From: Chloroflexota bacterium
GTDB lineage: Bacteria > Chloroflexota > Anaerolineae > DUEN01
Assembly: GCA_013152435.1 (NCBI GenBank)
Contig: JAADGJ010000062.1
Location: 18,672-82,671, forward strand
DNA length: 64,000 nt
Reading direction: 5' to 3'
The number at the start of each line of letters is the position of its first letter. Positions within the stretch are counted from its first letter, which is position 1. This document shows, one piece after another, positions 8,654 to 17,420 of the stretch. Below the pieces are notes generated by a model. It was not told where the DNA came from. It made no database searches and worked only from the letters and a program-made list of their open reading frames with translations. Made by a program: the position numbers and the translations under genes.

Positions 8654-9781
8654 TTATGCCCTGGCGTCGTGGGTGGGCTCGTGGGGAGCCGCCTGGCGCG
8701 TGGTGGACCGGATCGTGTTGCCCAGGAACAGGAGCACGGCGATCACGTTCAGGAGGCCGCCCCATCGTCGCCCTGGCCACCAAAACGCCAGGTCGCCCAC
8801 CAGCCGGATCAGCAGGGAGAGGTGTAACAGGATGAGGTGGGCGTAGAAGCTCCGTTGGAAGGTCACCGGGATTCCCAACAGTGCTGGGAAGATGATGGGC
8901 GCGTGCCCGAAGATCATGGCCATGACGAAGCCCAGGAGCACGGCGTGGAGCATGGCGTCGTACTGGGGTCCGGCCGTCATTCCGCCGATGAGCAGCCCGA
9001 TCAGCCCTCCGATCCCCAGCCAGACGTATCCGGAGAGCAGGCTGATGGCGATGAACCGGGATTGTCCCGGCCGCCTGATGGTGCGTCGGGCGATGTCATA
9101 GCGCAACAGCCATATGGCGATGGCCAGCATGCCCAGGCCCGATAGATGCGCCCCGGGGGCGAAGCGAATGCTGGAGACGACGAGCCCGATGAGGAGGATG
9201 GCGATGGAGGCCAGGAAGCTGGCGTATCCCCACCTGGACAGACGGCGCAGACGGCTGAGCTCCAGGCGCTCCCCGGCGATGGTCAACACCAGGAATCCCA
9301 CCCACCAGAGCACGGCGACCGGTATCGGGCGGCCCGCCAGCCACAGGAGATTCCCGACGAGCCAGGCGATCGCCCCCGTTTCCATGACCGCGATGGAGAG
9401 CTCGGGGCGTCGCCGGATCACCGCGACGAAGATCAGCACGACGCCGAAGGCGCCCAACGTCATCAGCAGGGGGCCGATGGCGCCGGGCAGGCCGATGATC
9501 AGGAGCAGGCCCCCGAGCCCCGTCGAGAGCGGCGCCAGATAGGGCCACCACCGCCAGGGCCCCGGTTTCCCCGTGGTGGCCAGGGCTACCGCTCGCTCCA
9601 GGCCGATGACGGTGCCCAGGAATCCCGAGATCATCAGCGGGCCATGGGAGATGGGTAGACCCGGTTGCCAGGTGGGCAGGCTCCACCCCAGCCGGATAAG
9701 CCCTGCCCACATCGCCGCCAGCAGGGCGACCATACCCATGAACAGCAGTGGCAAGCGACCTTTTCCTGCTGGTGCCATCAC
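8654..9781 (-). CDS. Polytopic membrane protein of unknown function (~12 TM; possibly NnrS-like)
   Basis: 375 aa and almost entirely hydrophobic helices. It follows the DUF1858 gene in an operon directly downstream of the nos cluster. A weak resemblance to the NnrS family (MLHAVLLGFVMAMIFGH) could not be verified. Confidence 0.6.
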   Translation of the reverse strand: MMAPAGKGRLPLLFMGMVALLAAMWAGLIRLGWSLPTWQPGLPISHGPLMISGFLGTVIGLERAVALATTGKPGPWRWWPYLAPLSTGLGGLLLIIGLPGAIGPLLMTLGAFGVVLIFVAVIRRRPELSIAVMETGAIAWLVGNLLWLAGRPIPVAVLWWVGFLVLTIAGERLELSRLRRLSRWGYASFLASIAILLIGLVVSSIRFAPGAHLSGLGMLAIAIWLLRYDIARRTIRRPGQSRFIAISLLSGYVWLGIGGLIGLLIGGMTAGPQYDAMLHAVLLGFVMAMIFGHAPIIFPALLGIPVTFQRSFYAHLILLHLSLLIRLVGDLAFWWPGRRWGGLLNVIAVLLFLGNTIRSTTRQAAPHEPTHDARA

Positions 9782-9850
9782 GCTCCTCTCGTTGCGGTCC
9801 GTCTTGCTCGTGACGCCACCGGCTGGCCTAACCCGGTTCCGGCGATGGCG

Positions 9851-10123
9851 TCACCGGTAGTCCTCCCGGCAGGTGAAGAGGTGAGGGCCGGGCGCGGAGA
9901 TGACCTGGCGCAGCTCGCCGAGGAAGCGATTCAGATCAAGGTTGTAGGCCGCCGCTACATCGGCCAGGGTGTCGAAGGGGGACATGGCGCAGCCGATGCA
10001 GGCCATTCGGTGGCGGAAGAAAACCTGCGCCGCTTGGGGCCAGTGTGAAAGCGTCTCAGCCACTGTCAAGCTGGCTTTAAGATCCGGGTGCTTCATAAGC
10101 GATTCCTCGGCTTGTGGGGGCAC
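9851..10123 (-). CDS. DUF1858 domain protein (hybrid-cluster-protein-associated redox disulfide domain, ScdA N-terminal-like)
   Basis: 90 aa. MACIGCAMSPFDTLADVAAAYNLDLNRFLGEL matches the small CxxC DUF1858 domain commonly found near NO/N2O-stress genes. Confidence 0.65.
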   Translation of the reverse strand: MPPQAEESLMKHPDLKASLTVAETLSHWPQAAQVFFRHRMACIGCAMSPFDTLADVAAAYNLDLNRFLGELRQVISAPGPHLFTCREDYR

Positions 10124-10354
10124 GCATGGGATACGAGATCCTCACGTCATTGCAAGCGAGACCCTGGGCGATCCCTGGCGGGATGTCGGGATCGGCTTGG
10201 CTGCTGATGCGCGTATCCGTAACCCCGAGGGCGCTTGCGTCATCGGGCCGTTTCACTCGCGACGTCGTCGCACGGGTTCCCGTTTGTTCGCCCCACGGTG
10301 CGCTCGATCGGGGGATATACCCCCGGGGTATGCGCAAGGGTGGGGGCTGATGTG

Positions 10355-10392
10355 GAAAAAAGGAATCTGCGGAGCGCTCCCCGCAGATTCCT
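10355..10392 (-). terminator. Rho-independent terminator of the nos operon (after the cytochrome c gene)
   Basis: On the minus strand there is a perfect 12-bp stem (AGGAATCTGCGG ... CCGCAGATTCCT) with an 8-nt loop, followed immediately by TTTTTT (plus-strand A-run 10356-10361). It sits 25 nt after the cytochrome c stop. Confidence 0.55.
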
Positions 10393-10415
10393 GCTCATGT
10401 CCGTGTGCTCCCTCG

Positions 10416-10820
10416 TCACTCCTGCAGCGAGCGTATATATCCGATGATCACCTGGATCTGTTCGTCGGTCAGCGCCGGGTTCCCGCCCTTCGGCGGCATG
10501 TCCACGCCCGTGGTGTTCTCCGGATCGCTGGCCGGCCGTCCCTTCTTGATGAACCCCAGCAGCTCCTCGTCGGTCATCCCCTTGACGAACTCGCTGGTCG
10601 TCAGGTCCTTGCCCAGCCCCGGCAATCCCTTCGCATCCGGGCCGTGGCAGGCGGAGCAGCTTTGCTCGAACAGCTTCTTCCCCTGCGCCAGGTCCTCAGC
10701 CGAGGGCCCCGATGGCGTGGGCACGGGTGTGGGCGTGGGCTCCTTCTTCTTGCCACACCCGGTCACGATCAGCGTGAAAGCCAACAAGATGATCAGGATC
10801 CACGATAGTTTGCGCATCAA
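10416..10820 (-). CDS. Class I c-type cytochrome lipoprotein, the likely electron donor of the nos cluster (NosC-like)
   Basis: 134 aa. Has a signal peptide with a lipobox (LIVTGC), a Pro/Thr linker, and a single CSACHG haem-binding motif. It lies directly downstream of nosL. Confidence 0.8.
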   Translation of the reverse strand: MMRKLSWILIILLAFTLIVTGCGKKKEPTPTPVPTPSGPSAEDLAQGKKLFEQSCSACHGPDAKGLPGLGKDLTTSEFVKGMTDEELLGFIKKGRPASDPENTTGVDMPPKGGNPALTDEQIQVIIGYIRSLQE

Positions 10821-10861
10821 TGTGCCTCTCCCTTCGCCTGTTCTCTGGGATCGGGACGGGA

Positions 10862-11470
10862 TCAGTGCCCGCCTCCCGAGTGCTCGGTTTGCATGTCCTT
10901 ATCCTGCTGCGTGTCCTTCTGCATATCCATTTGCATGTCTTGCTTCGTGTCCGACTCCGACTCCGTGTCCATTTGCATGTCCATCTGCATGTCCTTGTCG
11001 TGCATGGAGCCGGACATCGTCATCTCGCCTGAGGCGAATCGCTCGTGTAGCTCCTTAAAGGACACGACCTCACCCTGGTTCTCAGCGGCCAGCTTCTTGG
11101 CCCGTTCCTCATCGCCGAGGGCTACCACGCCATATCCCATGGGCGTGTACAGGGCCTGGCTGATCACGAAGAACGCTTGATCGGCTTTCAGCCAATCCTC
11201 GGTCTCATAATCGTGCACCCAGAGCGTGCCCTCCTCCTGCTGGTCCAGCAGGAAGAGCACCATATCGCCGATGTCGTCGAAGCGACGTACCTCGCCCTGG
11301 GGTGTCACGTAGGCCGCCGCAAAGCGCGGCTCGCTGATGATCATGCGGCATTGATCGCAGGCATCTTCACCATACCGAATGTCAGGTGGCTTGTCAAGTG
11401 GTGGGCTTGCCTGACACCCCATGGAGACCAGGAGGATCGATAGGAGACCCAAGAAAATCCGTGACATCAT
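10862..11470 (-). CDS. nosL: NosL copper chaperone lipoprotein with a Met-rich repetitive C-terminal tail
   Basis: True start is ATGATG at 11470 (MMSRIFLGLLSILLVSMGC lipoprotein signal), which overlaps the nosY stop as ATGA. Has the NosL-like core (EDACDQCRM...YVTPQGEVRRFDDIGDMVLFL...WVHDYET). The C-terminus is DKDMQMDMQMDTESESDTKQDMQMDMQKDTQQDKDMQT. Confidence 0.75.
   Translation of the reverse strand: MMSRIFLGLLSILLVSMGCQASPPLDKPPDIRYGEDACDQCRMIISEPRFAAAYVTPQGEVRRFDDIGDMVLFLLDQQEEGTLWVHDYETEDWLKADQAFFVISQALYTPMGYGVVALGDEERAKKLAAENQGEVVSFKELHERFASGEMTMSGSMHDKDMQMDMQMDTESESDTKQDMQMDMQKDTQQDKDMQTEHSGGGH
10895..11010. repeat. Imperfect tandem microrepeat (GCATGTCC-like 9-12 nt units) encoding the Met/Asp/Gln-rich NosL tail
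   Basis: Repeated ...tgcatgtccttatcc...catttgcatgtcttg...catttgcatgtccatctgcatgtccttg... On the opposite strand it produces the artefactual HLHVLLRVRL ORF at 10820-11032. Confidence 0.6.
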
Positions 11471-12300
11471 AGTGCCCCTCGCTGTCGAAAGATGAAATAG
11501 GCCAGGATCAGGGGCAGTACGATCCACGCCGTCAGGATGGCGATCAGGAGGGCCATCGCCCATTCGCCGTAGGTGCGCAGAGCGTATAGCCCCGCCGGCC
11601 CGAGAACTTCCCAGTTGCCGCGAATCGTCAGGATGGCGGCGATCTTGAAGACCTGAAGGGGGTTGAGCAGGGCCAGGGCGAACAGCTCTCCGATCTTCAT
11701 CCGGAGCATGATCGCCGTCCCCATCACCCCCAAATCGCCGAAGAAGACCAGCACGAGCCATAGGAAGAGGGCGATGCCGATGGCCATCGAGCCCTTCCGC
11801 AGGAAGGCGGATATGAGGAACCCCAGGCTCAGGCTGATCAGGGCGAGGAAGAAGGCCAGCACGGTCAGGCTCAGGTAATCCCACGTGTGGGCCGTGCTCC
11901 CTTGCCACGCGATCAGCAGGCCGCTCAACCCGAACCCCAGGGCTAGGGCCGCCAGGAGGGCCAGTCCCAGGCCCAGGTATTTGCCCGCCAGGACCTCAAA
12001 TTGGGTAATCGGCTGGGATAGGAGATAGAGCAGGGAGCCGCGCTCCCGCTCGCCCGCCAGGCTCAGCGCGCCCAGGGTCAGCCCCATGAGGGGGACGATC
12101 AGCAGCACCAGGTTGATGAGGCTGGCTCCCGTGCGCCCGAAGCCGGCCAACCCATACGACCCCGCTCCCGACAGCCCTAGCCACGCCAGGGCCAGCGCCA
12201 ACCCGGCGAAGGCCACGGTGTAGAGCAGGAACCACCGGTTGCGGCGCGCATCCAGCAACTCCTTTTGGGCCAGCACCAGGATATTGGTCAAATCGATCAT
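11467..12300 (-). CDS. nosY: NosY ABC-2-type permease
   Basis: 277-aa six-TM protein with the LAQKELLDARRNRWF N-terminus typical of NosY/ABC-2 permeases. It is positioned between nosDF and nosL. Confidence 0.8.
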   Translation of the reverse strand: MIDLTNILVLAQKELLDARRNRWFLLYTVAFAGLALALAWLGLSGAGSYGLAGFGRTGASLINLVLLIVPLMGLTLGALSLAGERERGSLLYLLSQPITQFEVLAGKYLGLGLALLAALALGFGLSGLLIAWQGSTAHTWDYLSLTVLAFFLALISLSLGFLISAFLRKGSMAIGIALFLWLVLVFFGDLGVMGTAIMLRMKIGELFALALLNPLQVFKIAAILTIRGNWEVLGPAGLYALRTYGEWAMALLIAILTAWIVLPLILAYFIFRQRGAL

Positions 12301-12304
12301 GGGC

Positions 12305-14617
12305 TCATATCCTCTCTTGCAGGCTGTGCACGTCGAAATCTTCTACCGGGATGCCCGCCTGCGCCAGCAGGGAGATGGGCTTTCCCTTCTCACGGAGCGC
12401 GACGGGCACTCGCACCCCCGCCCCGTTTCGGCTGGCGGCGAACCCCTGTCCCTTCAGGAGCGCGATGGCGGCCTCGACCTGTTCGGCCGGCACGTGGAGT
12501 CGCAATTCGGTGTGTCTCCCCAGGTGCGCGTCCAGCTCGTCCGGCGAGCAGTCGGCCACGATCCGCCCGTTCTCCATGAGGAGCACGCGGTCGGCCAGGT
12601 TGACCACCTCGTCCAGGCGATGGGAGGAGAAGATGAGCGTCTTCCCCTTCTTCTTGACCTCGGCCAGCAGGGCCAGGATGTCCTCCCTCGCCCGGGCGTC
12701 CAGGTTCGTCGTCGGCTCGTCGAGCACCAGCAGCGGCGGATCGGCCAGCAGCGCCGCGGCCAGCGCGAGCCGTTGCTTCATCCCGCCGGATAGGGTCTGC
12801 ACCGCCTGGTGAACCACCGATGTGAGCCCCATCTCCTGCAGGGAGCGCTCGATGGATTCGGGCGAGGCCCCCTTGAGGTACGCGTAGAAGCGCATGGTCT
12901 CCCACACCGTCATATCGTCATAGAAGCTCAGCTCCTGGGGCACGAAGCCCATCTGTCGGCGCGCGGCCTTGCCCTCTCTCCGGACGTCGTGGCCTGCCAC
13001 GTGTACCGTTCCCTGGAAGGGAAGGAGCCCCAGCAGGCATCGGAGCGCGGTGGTCTTCCCCGCACCGTTCGCTCCCCATAACGCCACAGCTTGTCCGGCC
13101 TCAACATCGAACGAGAGTCGGTCCACGGCGACCAGTGAGCCGAAGCGCTTGGTCAGATCGCGAACGTGGATCATGAGTTCTCCCTCATTATTGGACAATC
13201 TCTTGCCTCCTCCCTGCCGCCTGATGGGAACCTGGGTGAGGAAAATCAGCATGGCGGCCAGGGCCAGCAGGCCAATGGACGGCACCCCCAGTTGCCGGGC
13301 GGCCTGTTGGGGGATGGCGGGGAGGCCCTCGGGTATGCGCGGCGCCATCAGCGGACGATCGTCCACCAGCTTCGGCTGCGGCTTGATCAGCGGGAACGCT
13401 CGGGCGGCGAAGTCCAGCGCCTGGGTCGCCGGGCTGTAATCGAACAGCCGCAACATCGGGTAGCGGTCCATAAGGTTCTCGAACAGCCGCGTGGCCCGGT
13501 AGGGAAGATCGCCGATCCCATCCTGGTCCGCGTCGTAGCCCGTGTAGTCGCTCCAATAGTTCCCCAGGCCGTTGACGGTCCAGATGTTCCCTTGCAGTTG
13601 TCCACCGCCCGACACGCCGACCTGTTCCCGATTCTCGATGAACCCGTTTTCAGTGAGGCGGTTGCGTCGTACCGATGGCTGGAACAGGATGCCGACATCG
13701 TTGAAAGCGAAGATGTTCCCGCGGAACAACACGGTGCTGTCGATCTCGCGCGGCGAGTTGTCCACGAACGCTCCCACGCGGTTGTCCAGGAAGAGGTTCT
13801 CCTCGATCACCGCGTCGTCCATGTCCTTGAGGCCGATGCCGAAGCCGCTGGGGCCGCGATTGTAGGCGAAGGTGTTCCGTCGTAAATGCAGGCGGCGGCT
13901 GTACATCAGGAAGGCGCCCACGGAGTTATTGGACAGCCGGTTCCCCTCGATGAGGGCATCATCGCAGTACATGAAGTGCAGGCCGTAGCGTCCTCCCTGG
14001 ATCACGTTCCCGCGCACGGTGAGGCGCTCCGAATACCAGAGCACCACGTCCCGGCCCTGCTCCACCACGTTGTCCTCCACCCGCACGTCATTGCTGTACC
14101 AGACCCGGATGGGATCCCCCCGGCGGGGCAGGGGCAGGTCCTTGCTATAGATCGTGTTCCCCCGGATCACGCTGCCGACCGCCTTGCGCAGGTAGATGCC
14201 GAACAGGGTTCCCTCTAGCCGGTTGCCCTCGACCACGACCTCCGGGGCTTCGACGGCGATGCCGGAGTTCTCCTGGTCCAGCGCGTCGCCGCTGTTTTGA
14301 ACCACGAACCCCTTCAGCATGGCGCCCCGGGCGGTCAGGCGGACCACGGTGCCCTGGCCGCCGCCGTCGATCACGGGCCAGCCATAGCCGATGATCTTGA
14401 CGCTTCGGTCTACCACCAGGGGACCGCTGTAAATACCCTCGCGCACCTCGATGGTGTCCCCATCCCGGGCCTCCGCCAGCGCCTCCGCGATGGTGCGGTA
14501 TGGCCCTTGCGGGGAGACGACCAGGGTCGCGGGGCCCTCCTGGGCCAGGAGCGGTGTGGCGCCGCTGGCCCACAGGAGGAGAGCTATCCCCAGGAACATC
14601 CAATTGCGACGTCGCAT
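12305..14617 (-). CDS. nosDF: NosD-NosF fusion: periplasmic right-handed beta-helix copper-processing protein fused via a TM helix to an ABC ATPase
   Basis: Single 770-aa ORF. Residues 1-~440 have a signal peptide plus NosD-like parallel beta-helix repeats (GNRLEG..., RGNTIYS..., VEDNVV..., RGNVIQGGRYGLHFMY..., EGNRLSNN...). There is a hydrophobic segment VPSIGLLALAAMLIFLTQV. Residues ~480-770 form an ABC ATPase with Walker A GANGAGKTT, signature LSGGMKQRL and Walker B LLVLDEPT. Confidence 0.8.
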   Translation of the reverse strand: MRRRNWMFLGIALLLWASGATPLLAQEGPATLVVSPQGPYRTIAEALAEARDGDTIEVREGIYSGPLVVDRSVKIIGYGWPVIDGGGQGTVVRLTARGAMLKGFVVQNSGDALDQENSGIAVEAPEVVVEGNRLEGTLFGIYLRKAVGSVIRGNTIYSKDLPLPRRGDPIRVWYSNDVRVEDNVVEQGRDVVLWYSERLTVRGNVIQGGRYGLHFMYCDDALIEGNRLSNNSVGAFLMYSRRLHLRRNTFAYNRGPSGFGIGLKDMDDAVIEENLFLDNRVGAFVDNSPREIDSTVLFRGNIFAFNDVGILFQPSVRRNRLTENGFIENREQVGVSGGGQLQGNIWTVNGLGNYWSDYTGYDADQDGIGDLPYRATRLFENLMDRYPMLRLFDYSPATQALDFAARAFPLIKPQPKLVDDRPLMAPRIPEGLPAIPQQAARQLGVPSIGLLALAAMLIFLTQVPIRRQGGGKRLSNNEGELMIHVRDLTKRFGSLVAVDRLSFDVEAGQAVALWGANGAGKTTALRCLLGLLPFQGTVHVAGHDVRREGKAARRQMGFVPQELSFYDDMTVWETMRFYAYLKGASPESIERSLQEMGLTSVVHQAVQTLSGGMKQRLALAAALLADPPLLVLDEPTTNLDARAREDILALLAEVKKKGKTLIFSSHRLDEVVNLADRVLLMENGRIVADCSPDELDAHLGRHTELRLHVPAEQVEAAIALLKGQGFAASRNGAGVRVPVALREKGKPISLLAQAGIPVEDFDVHSLQERI

Positions 14618-14621
14618 AGAT

Positions 14622-15290
14622 CTATCCTTCAGTCGGTGACCGCTCGGTGGCTTCCACCAGCGGCTTATAGGCTCGTCGATGGAAGTAGAGGCCCAGCAGG
14701 ATCAGGAACGAGGCCAATGCCGCCAGGTAGAACCCTCGATCTACGGAGGCAATGGTCTGGAACTGTCCGATTTTCCCCTCACCGAGCACGGGGGGAACGA
14801 ATGGCTCGATGGCGTTGCTCAGCGGCGCGCTGGGGTCCAGGTTCTGACCGAAATGGCGCAGCCAGAAGTACAGATCGCCCAGGAAGATGGCCGGGAACAG
14901 CAGGGCCGGCAGGGAGAGCAGCGCTGCCCACTGGTTGTGCACGTAGATCGCTGCGATGACCAGCAACGAGATCACCGCGATGGCGAAGATGCTCAGGGAG
15001 CGCTCCAGTTGTGCCGCCTCCTCCAGGGGGCGCATGCCGATATAGTGGTTCAGCCCGTCGATCTCTTTCACATCTCCGGTCATACGGTTCACGTAGACCT
15101 GGACCTCCAGCCCGTCCGGGTATTGGGGAGCCAGGAGCTTCAGTCGCCAGTAGGGCACGAAGATGGATACCAGCAGGCAGAAGGCTGCCAGTCCTAGGAA
15201 GACCGTGGGCAGGAGATAGCGTAACTGTTGTTCCGCCGTCTGCTCCGCAGGCAGGCGTGGCCCGATCAGCTTGTCCCATAACCCTGTCAT
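14622..15290 (-). CDS. nosB: NosB-like membrane protein (clade II nos clusters)
   Basis: 222-aa protein with ~4 TM helices. Its position immediately downstream of nosZ and upstream of nosD matches the nosB gene of clade II clusters. No informative motifs were found. Confidence 0.45.
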   Translation of the reverse strand: MTGLWDKLIGPRLPAEQTAEQQLRYLLPTVFLGLAAFCLLVSIFVPYWRLKLLAPQYPDGLEVQVYVNRMTGDVKEIDGLNHYIGMRPLEEAAQLERSLSIFAIAVISLLVIAAIYVHNQWAALLSLPALLFPAIFLGDLYFWLRHFGQNLDPSAPLSNAIEPFVPPVLGEGKIGQFQTIASVDRGFYLAALASFLILLGLYFHRRAYKPLVEATERSPTEG

Positions 15291-15371
15291 CGGTAGTTTC
15301 CTTCCGATATGGGCCGAGGGTGGTGGGCGGGGAGGTCCTCCCCGCCCACCACCGATGGTCCGTTCTGTATT

Positions 15372-17420
15372 TTACGGTTGCACCAGGAAGTAGCCCGTCA
15401 TCTCCAGGTGCAGGGCAGAGCAGAACTCGGTGCAGTAGAAGGTGTAGACGCCGTCCTGGTCTGCCACGAACTCAAAGGTGGCCGTCTCTCCCGGCTCCAG
15501 GCTCAGGTTGATGTTGTACCCGGGCAGCGCGAAGCCGTGAGTGGCATCCTTGGCCCGCTCGATGTTGGTGATGTGCCAGATCACGCGGTCGCCCTTCTTC
15601 ACCTCGATGCGCTCGGGGTTGTAGTGGCTGCGCACGGCCGTCATCCAGATCTCCACGGTGTTGCCGTTGCGCACCACCCGCTCCTGTCCGGCCTCCACCG
15701 CGTTGGGATCCTTGCTCTGGGTGTTCGGGTTCCATCCGATCTCCGGATATACCTCCCAGGGCTGGAGCTTGTCGGCTTTGATGATCTGCGCGTAGTGCGG
15801 CTCGCCGATACCGATGGGCATATCATACAGGAGCTGGAGCTGGTCCCCCGGCTGAGAGATGTCGATGAGCTGGAAGTTCTGCGGCAGCAGCGGCCCCACC
15901 GTCAGGAACCGGTCCACCGACCACTTGTTCAGGGAGACCAGGTACTTGCCGTCCGGGCTGACCGTGTCCCCCTCGGCGGCGGCGATGTGCCCCACGTTGT
16001 AGTGGACGGGGATCTTGGTGACCAGGGACCACTCGGGATCGCTGTGCAACTCCTGGTAGGGGCCACCCAGCGTCCAGCGGGCCACCGCGCTGTCCAGGAA
16101 GAGGCTGGTGTAGGCGTACCCCTGGTTGTCGAACTGGGTGTGGAGAGGCCCCAGACCCAGCTCCACCTGGGCCTCCATCACATCGTCCAGGTTCAGGATG
16201 GTCACGCCGTACTGGTCCTTCTCGCCCGCGCCGCTCTCGATGGCCTTCTGGATCTTGTCGAAGCTGTACACGGTCACGTGGGGATCGAGCTTACCCGAGA
16301 CCACGATGTAGTCCCCGCCGGGTGCCACATCGACGCCGTGAGGGCTCTTGGGCTCCGGGGCGAAGTACAGCAGCCCTTCCGCGATCGACGTCTCCAGCGG
16401 GATCACGTTGAACCCGTTGACCTGGGTCACCTGGCCCGCCGCCGCCACCTCGGCGGCCTTCTTGAGGTTGATGATGTGGAGGTAATCCATGTCCTGCTGA
16501 GACGCGCCCGCCTCGAACGGAGGATTCCCCTCCTCGACGCCGCCGGTGCTCATCTCCGTGTTGAAGGAGTTGCAGAACACCCACCCTTCGCTCACCTTCT
16601 TGCCGGCGTCACAGATGTCCTGCCAGTAGGGGGGCAGCTCCATGGCGAAGGATTCCTCCGGCAGGATGCGGCCCTTCTCCCGATCGAACTTCCAGAAGGT
16701 GATCATGCCGCGGTAGGCCTCCGCGTAGTCGTTCAGGGAGGCGTACGTCCAGCCCAGCGGCGTGGCATACTGGCCGCCCTCGATCACCCACTCGGTGTTG
16801 GGGGTGGCCATGGTCCCGCCGTGATCGTTGATGGCGATGGGGTTCTTGACGATCTGCTTGGTCTCAAAATCTCGCAGATCGATGACCGCCACCCGGGCGT
16901 TGGCCTTGTCGTTGATGAACAGGAATTGGCCATCATAGTCTCCGCCCGTCTCGCTCAGGGCCGGATGATGGGTATCTCCCCAGGTGATCTTCTTCCCATT
17001 CACCGCCCCCTCGGCCAGCACTCGGTCCGTCTCCTCCGCGCCGTACCCCCAGCCCTGCCATGGCTCGGGCGTGAACACGCCGATCACCTTGAGCAGGCGC
17101 ATGGACGGCAGCCCGATGACCAGCACCTGGCCGGAGTGACCGCCGGAGGAGAACATCACGTAGTCGTCCTGCTTCCCCGTGGGGAGGTACGTCTTCAGGG
17201 CGGCGACGACGTCATCCGGCGTGAGTCCGCGTTCCTGGGCGATCGCCATGGCATCGCCGGATAGCTCCGTGGCTGGTTCGGCCACTGCCGTGGTAGCCTC
17301 CGGTGTGGCAGCCGGCTCCCCTGGCCCCCGCACGATGATCGCGACGACGATCAGGACGATGATGACGATGAGGGCCGCGACGAGAAGGGGGAGATACCGT
17401 TGCAAACTCTGGCTTTGCAT
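15372..17420 (-). CDS. nosZ: Nitrous-oxide reductase NosZ, Sec-type (clade II)
   Basis: The ORF spans 15372-17540, but the likely start is Met41 (ATG ~17420, behind AAGGAGG), followed by a hydrophobic anchor LPLLVAALIVIIVLIVVAIIV with no twin-arginine motif. It has the seven-bladed propeller CuZ region and a C-terminal CuA motif (YTFYCTEFCSALHLEMTGYF). Confidence 0.9.
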   Translation of the reverse strand: MQSQSLQRYLPLLVAALIVIIVLIVVAIIVRGPGEPAATPEATTAVAEPATELSGDAMAIAQERGLTPDDVVAALKTYLPTGKQDDYVMFSSGGHSGQVLVIGLPSMRLLKVIGVFTPEPWQGWGYGAEETDRVLAEGAVNGKKITWGDTHHPALSETGGDYDGQFLFINDKANARVAVIDLRDFETKQIVKNPIAINDHGGTMATPNTEWVIEGGQYATPLGWTYASLNDYAEAYRGMITFWKFDREKGRILPEESFAMELPPYWQDICDAGKKVSEGWVFCNSFNTEMSTGGVEEGNPPFEAGASQQDMDYLHIINLKKAAEVAAAGQVTQVNGFNVIPLETSIAEGLLYFAPEPKSPHGVDVAPGGDYIVVSGKLDPHVTVYSFDKIQKAIESGAGEKDQYGVTILNLDDVMEAQVELGLGPLHTQFDNQGYAYTSLFLDSAVARWTLGGPYQELHSDPEWSLVTKIPVHYNVGHIAAAEGDTVSPDGKYLVSLNKWSVDRFLTVGPLLPQNFQLIDISQPGDQLQLLYDMPIGIGEPHYAQIIKADKLQPWEVYPEIGWNPNTQSKDPNAVEAGQERVVRNGNTVEIWMTAVRSHYNPERIEVKKGDRVIWHITNIERAKDATHGFALPGYNINLSLEPGETATFEFVADQDGVYTFYCTEFCSALHLEMTGYFLVQP

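Noticed and set aside
10820-11032. 70-aa His/Leu/Val/Arg-rich ORF (HLHVLLRVRLRLRVHLHVHLHV)
   Set aside because: It is the reverse-strand reading of the nosL Met-rich microrepeat. Its periodicity mirrors the DNA repeat, not a protein.
11471-11908. N-terminal 146-aa extension of the nosL ORF
   Set aside because: It is Arg/Pro/Gly/Asp-rich with no hydrophobic signal. It overlaps the nosY coding region in another frame. The internal ATGATG at 11470 gives a canonical lipoprotein signal and an ATGA overlap with nosY.
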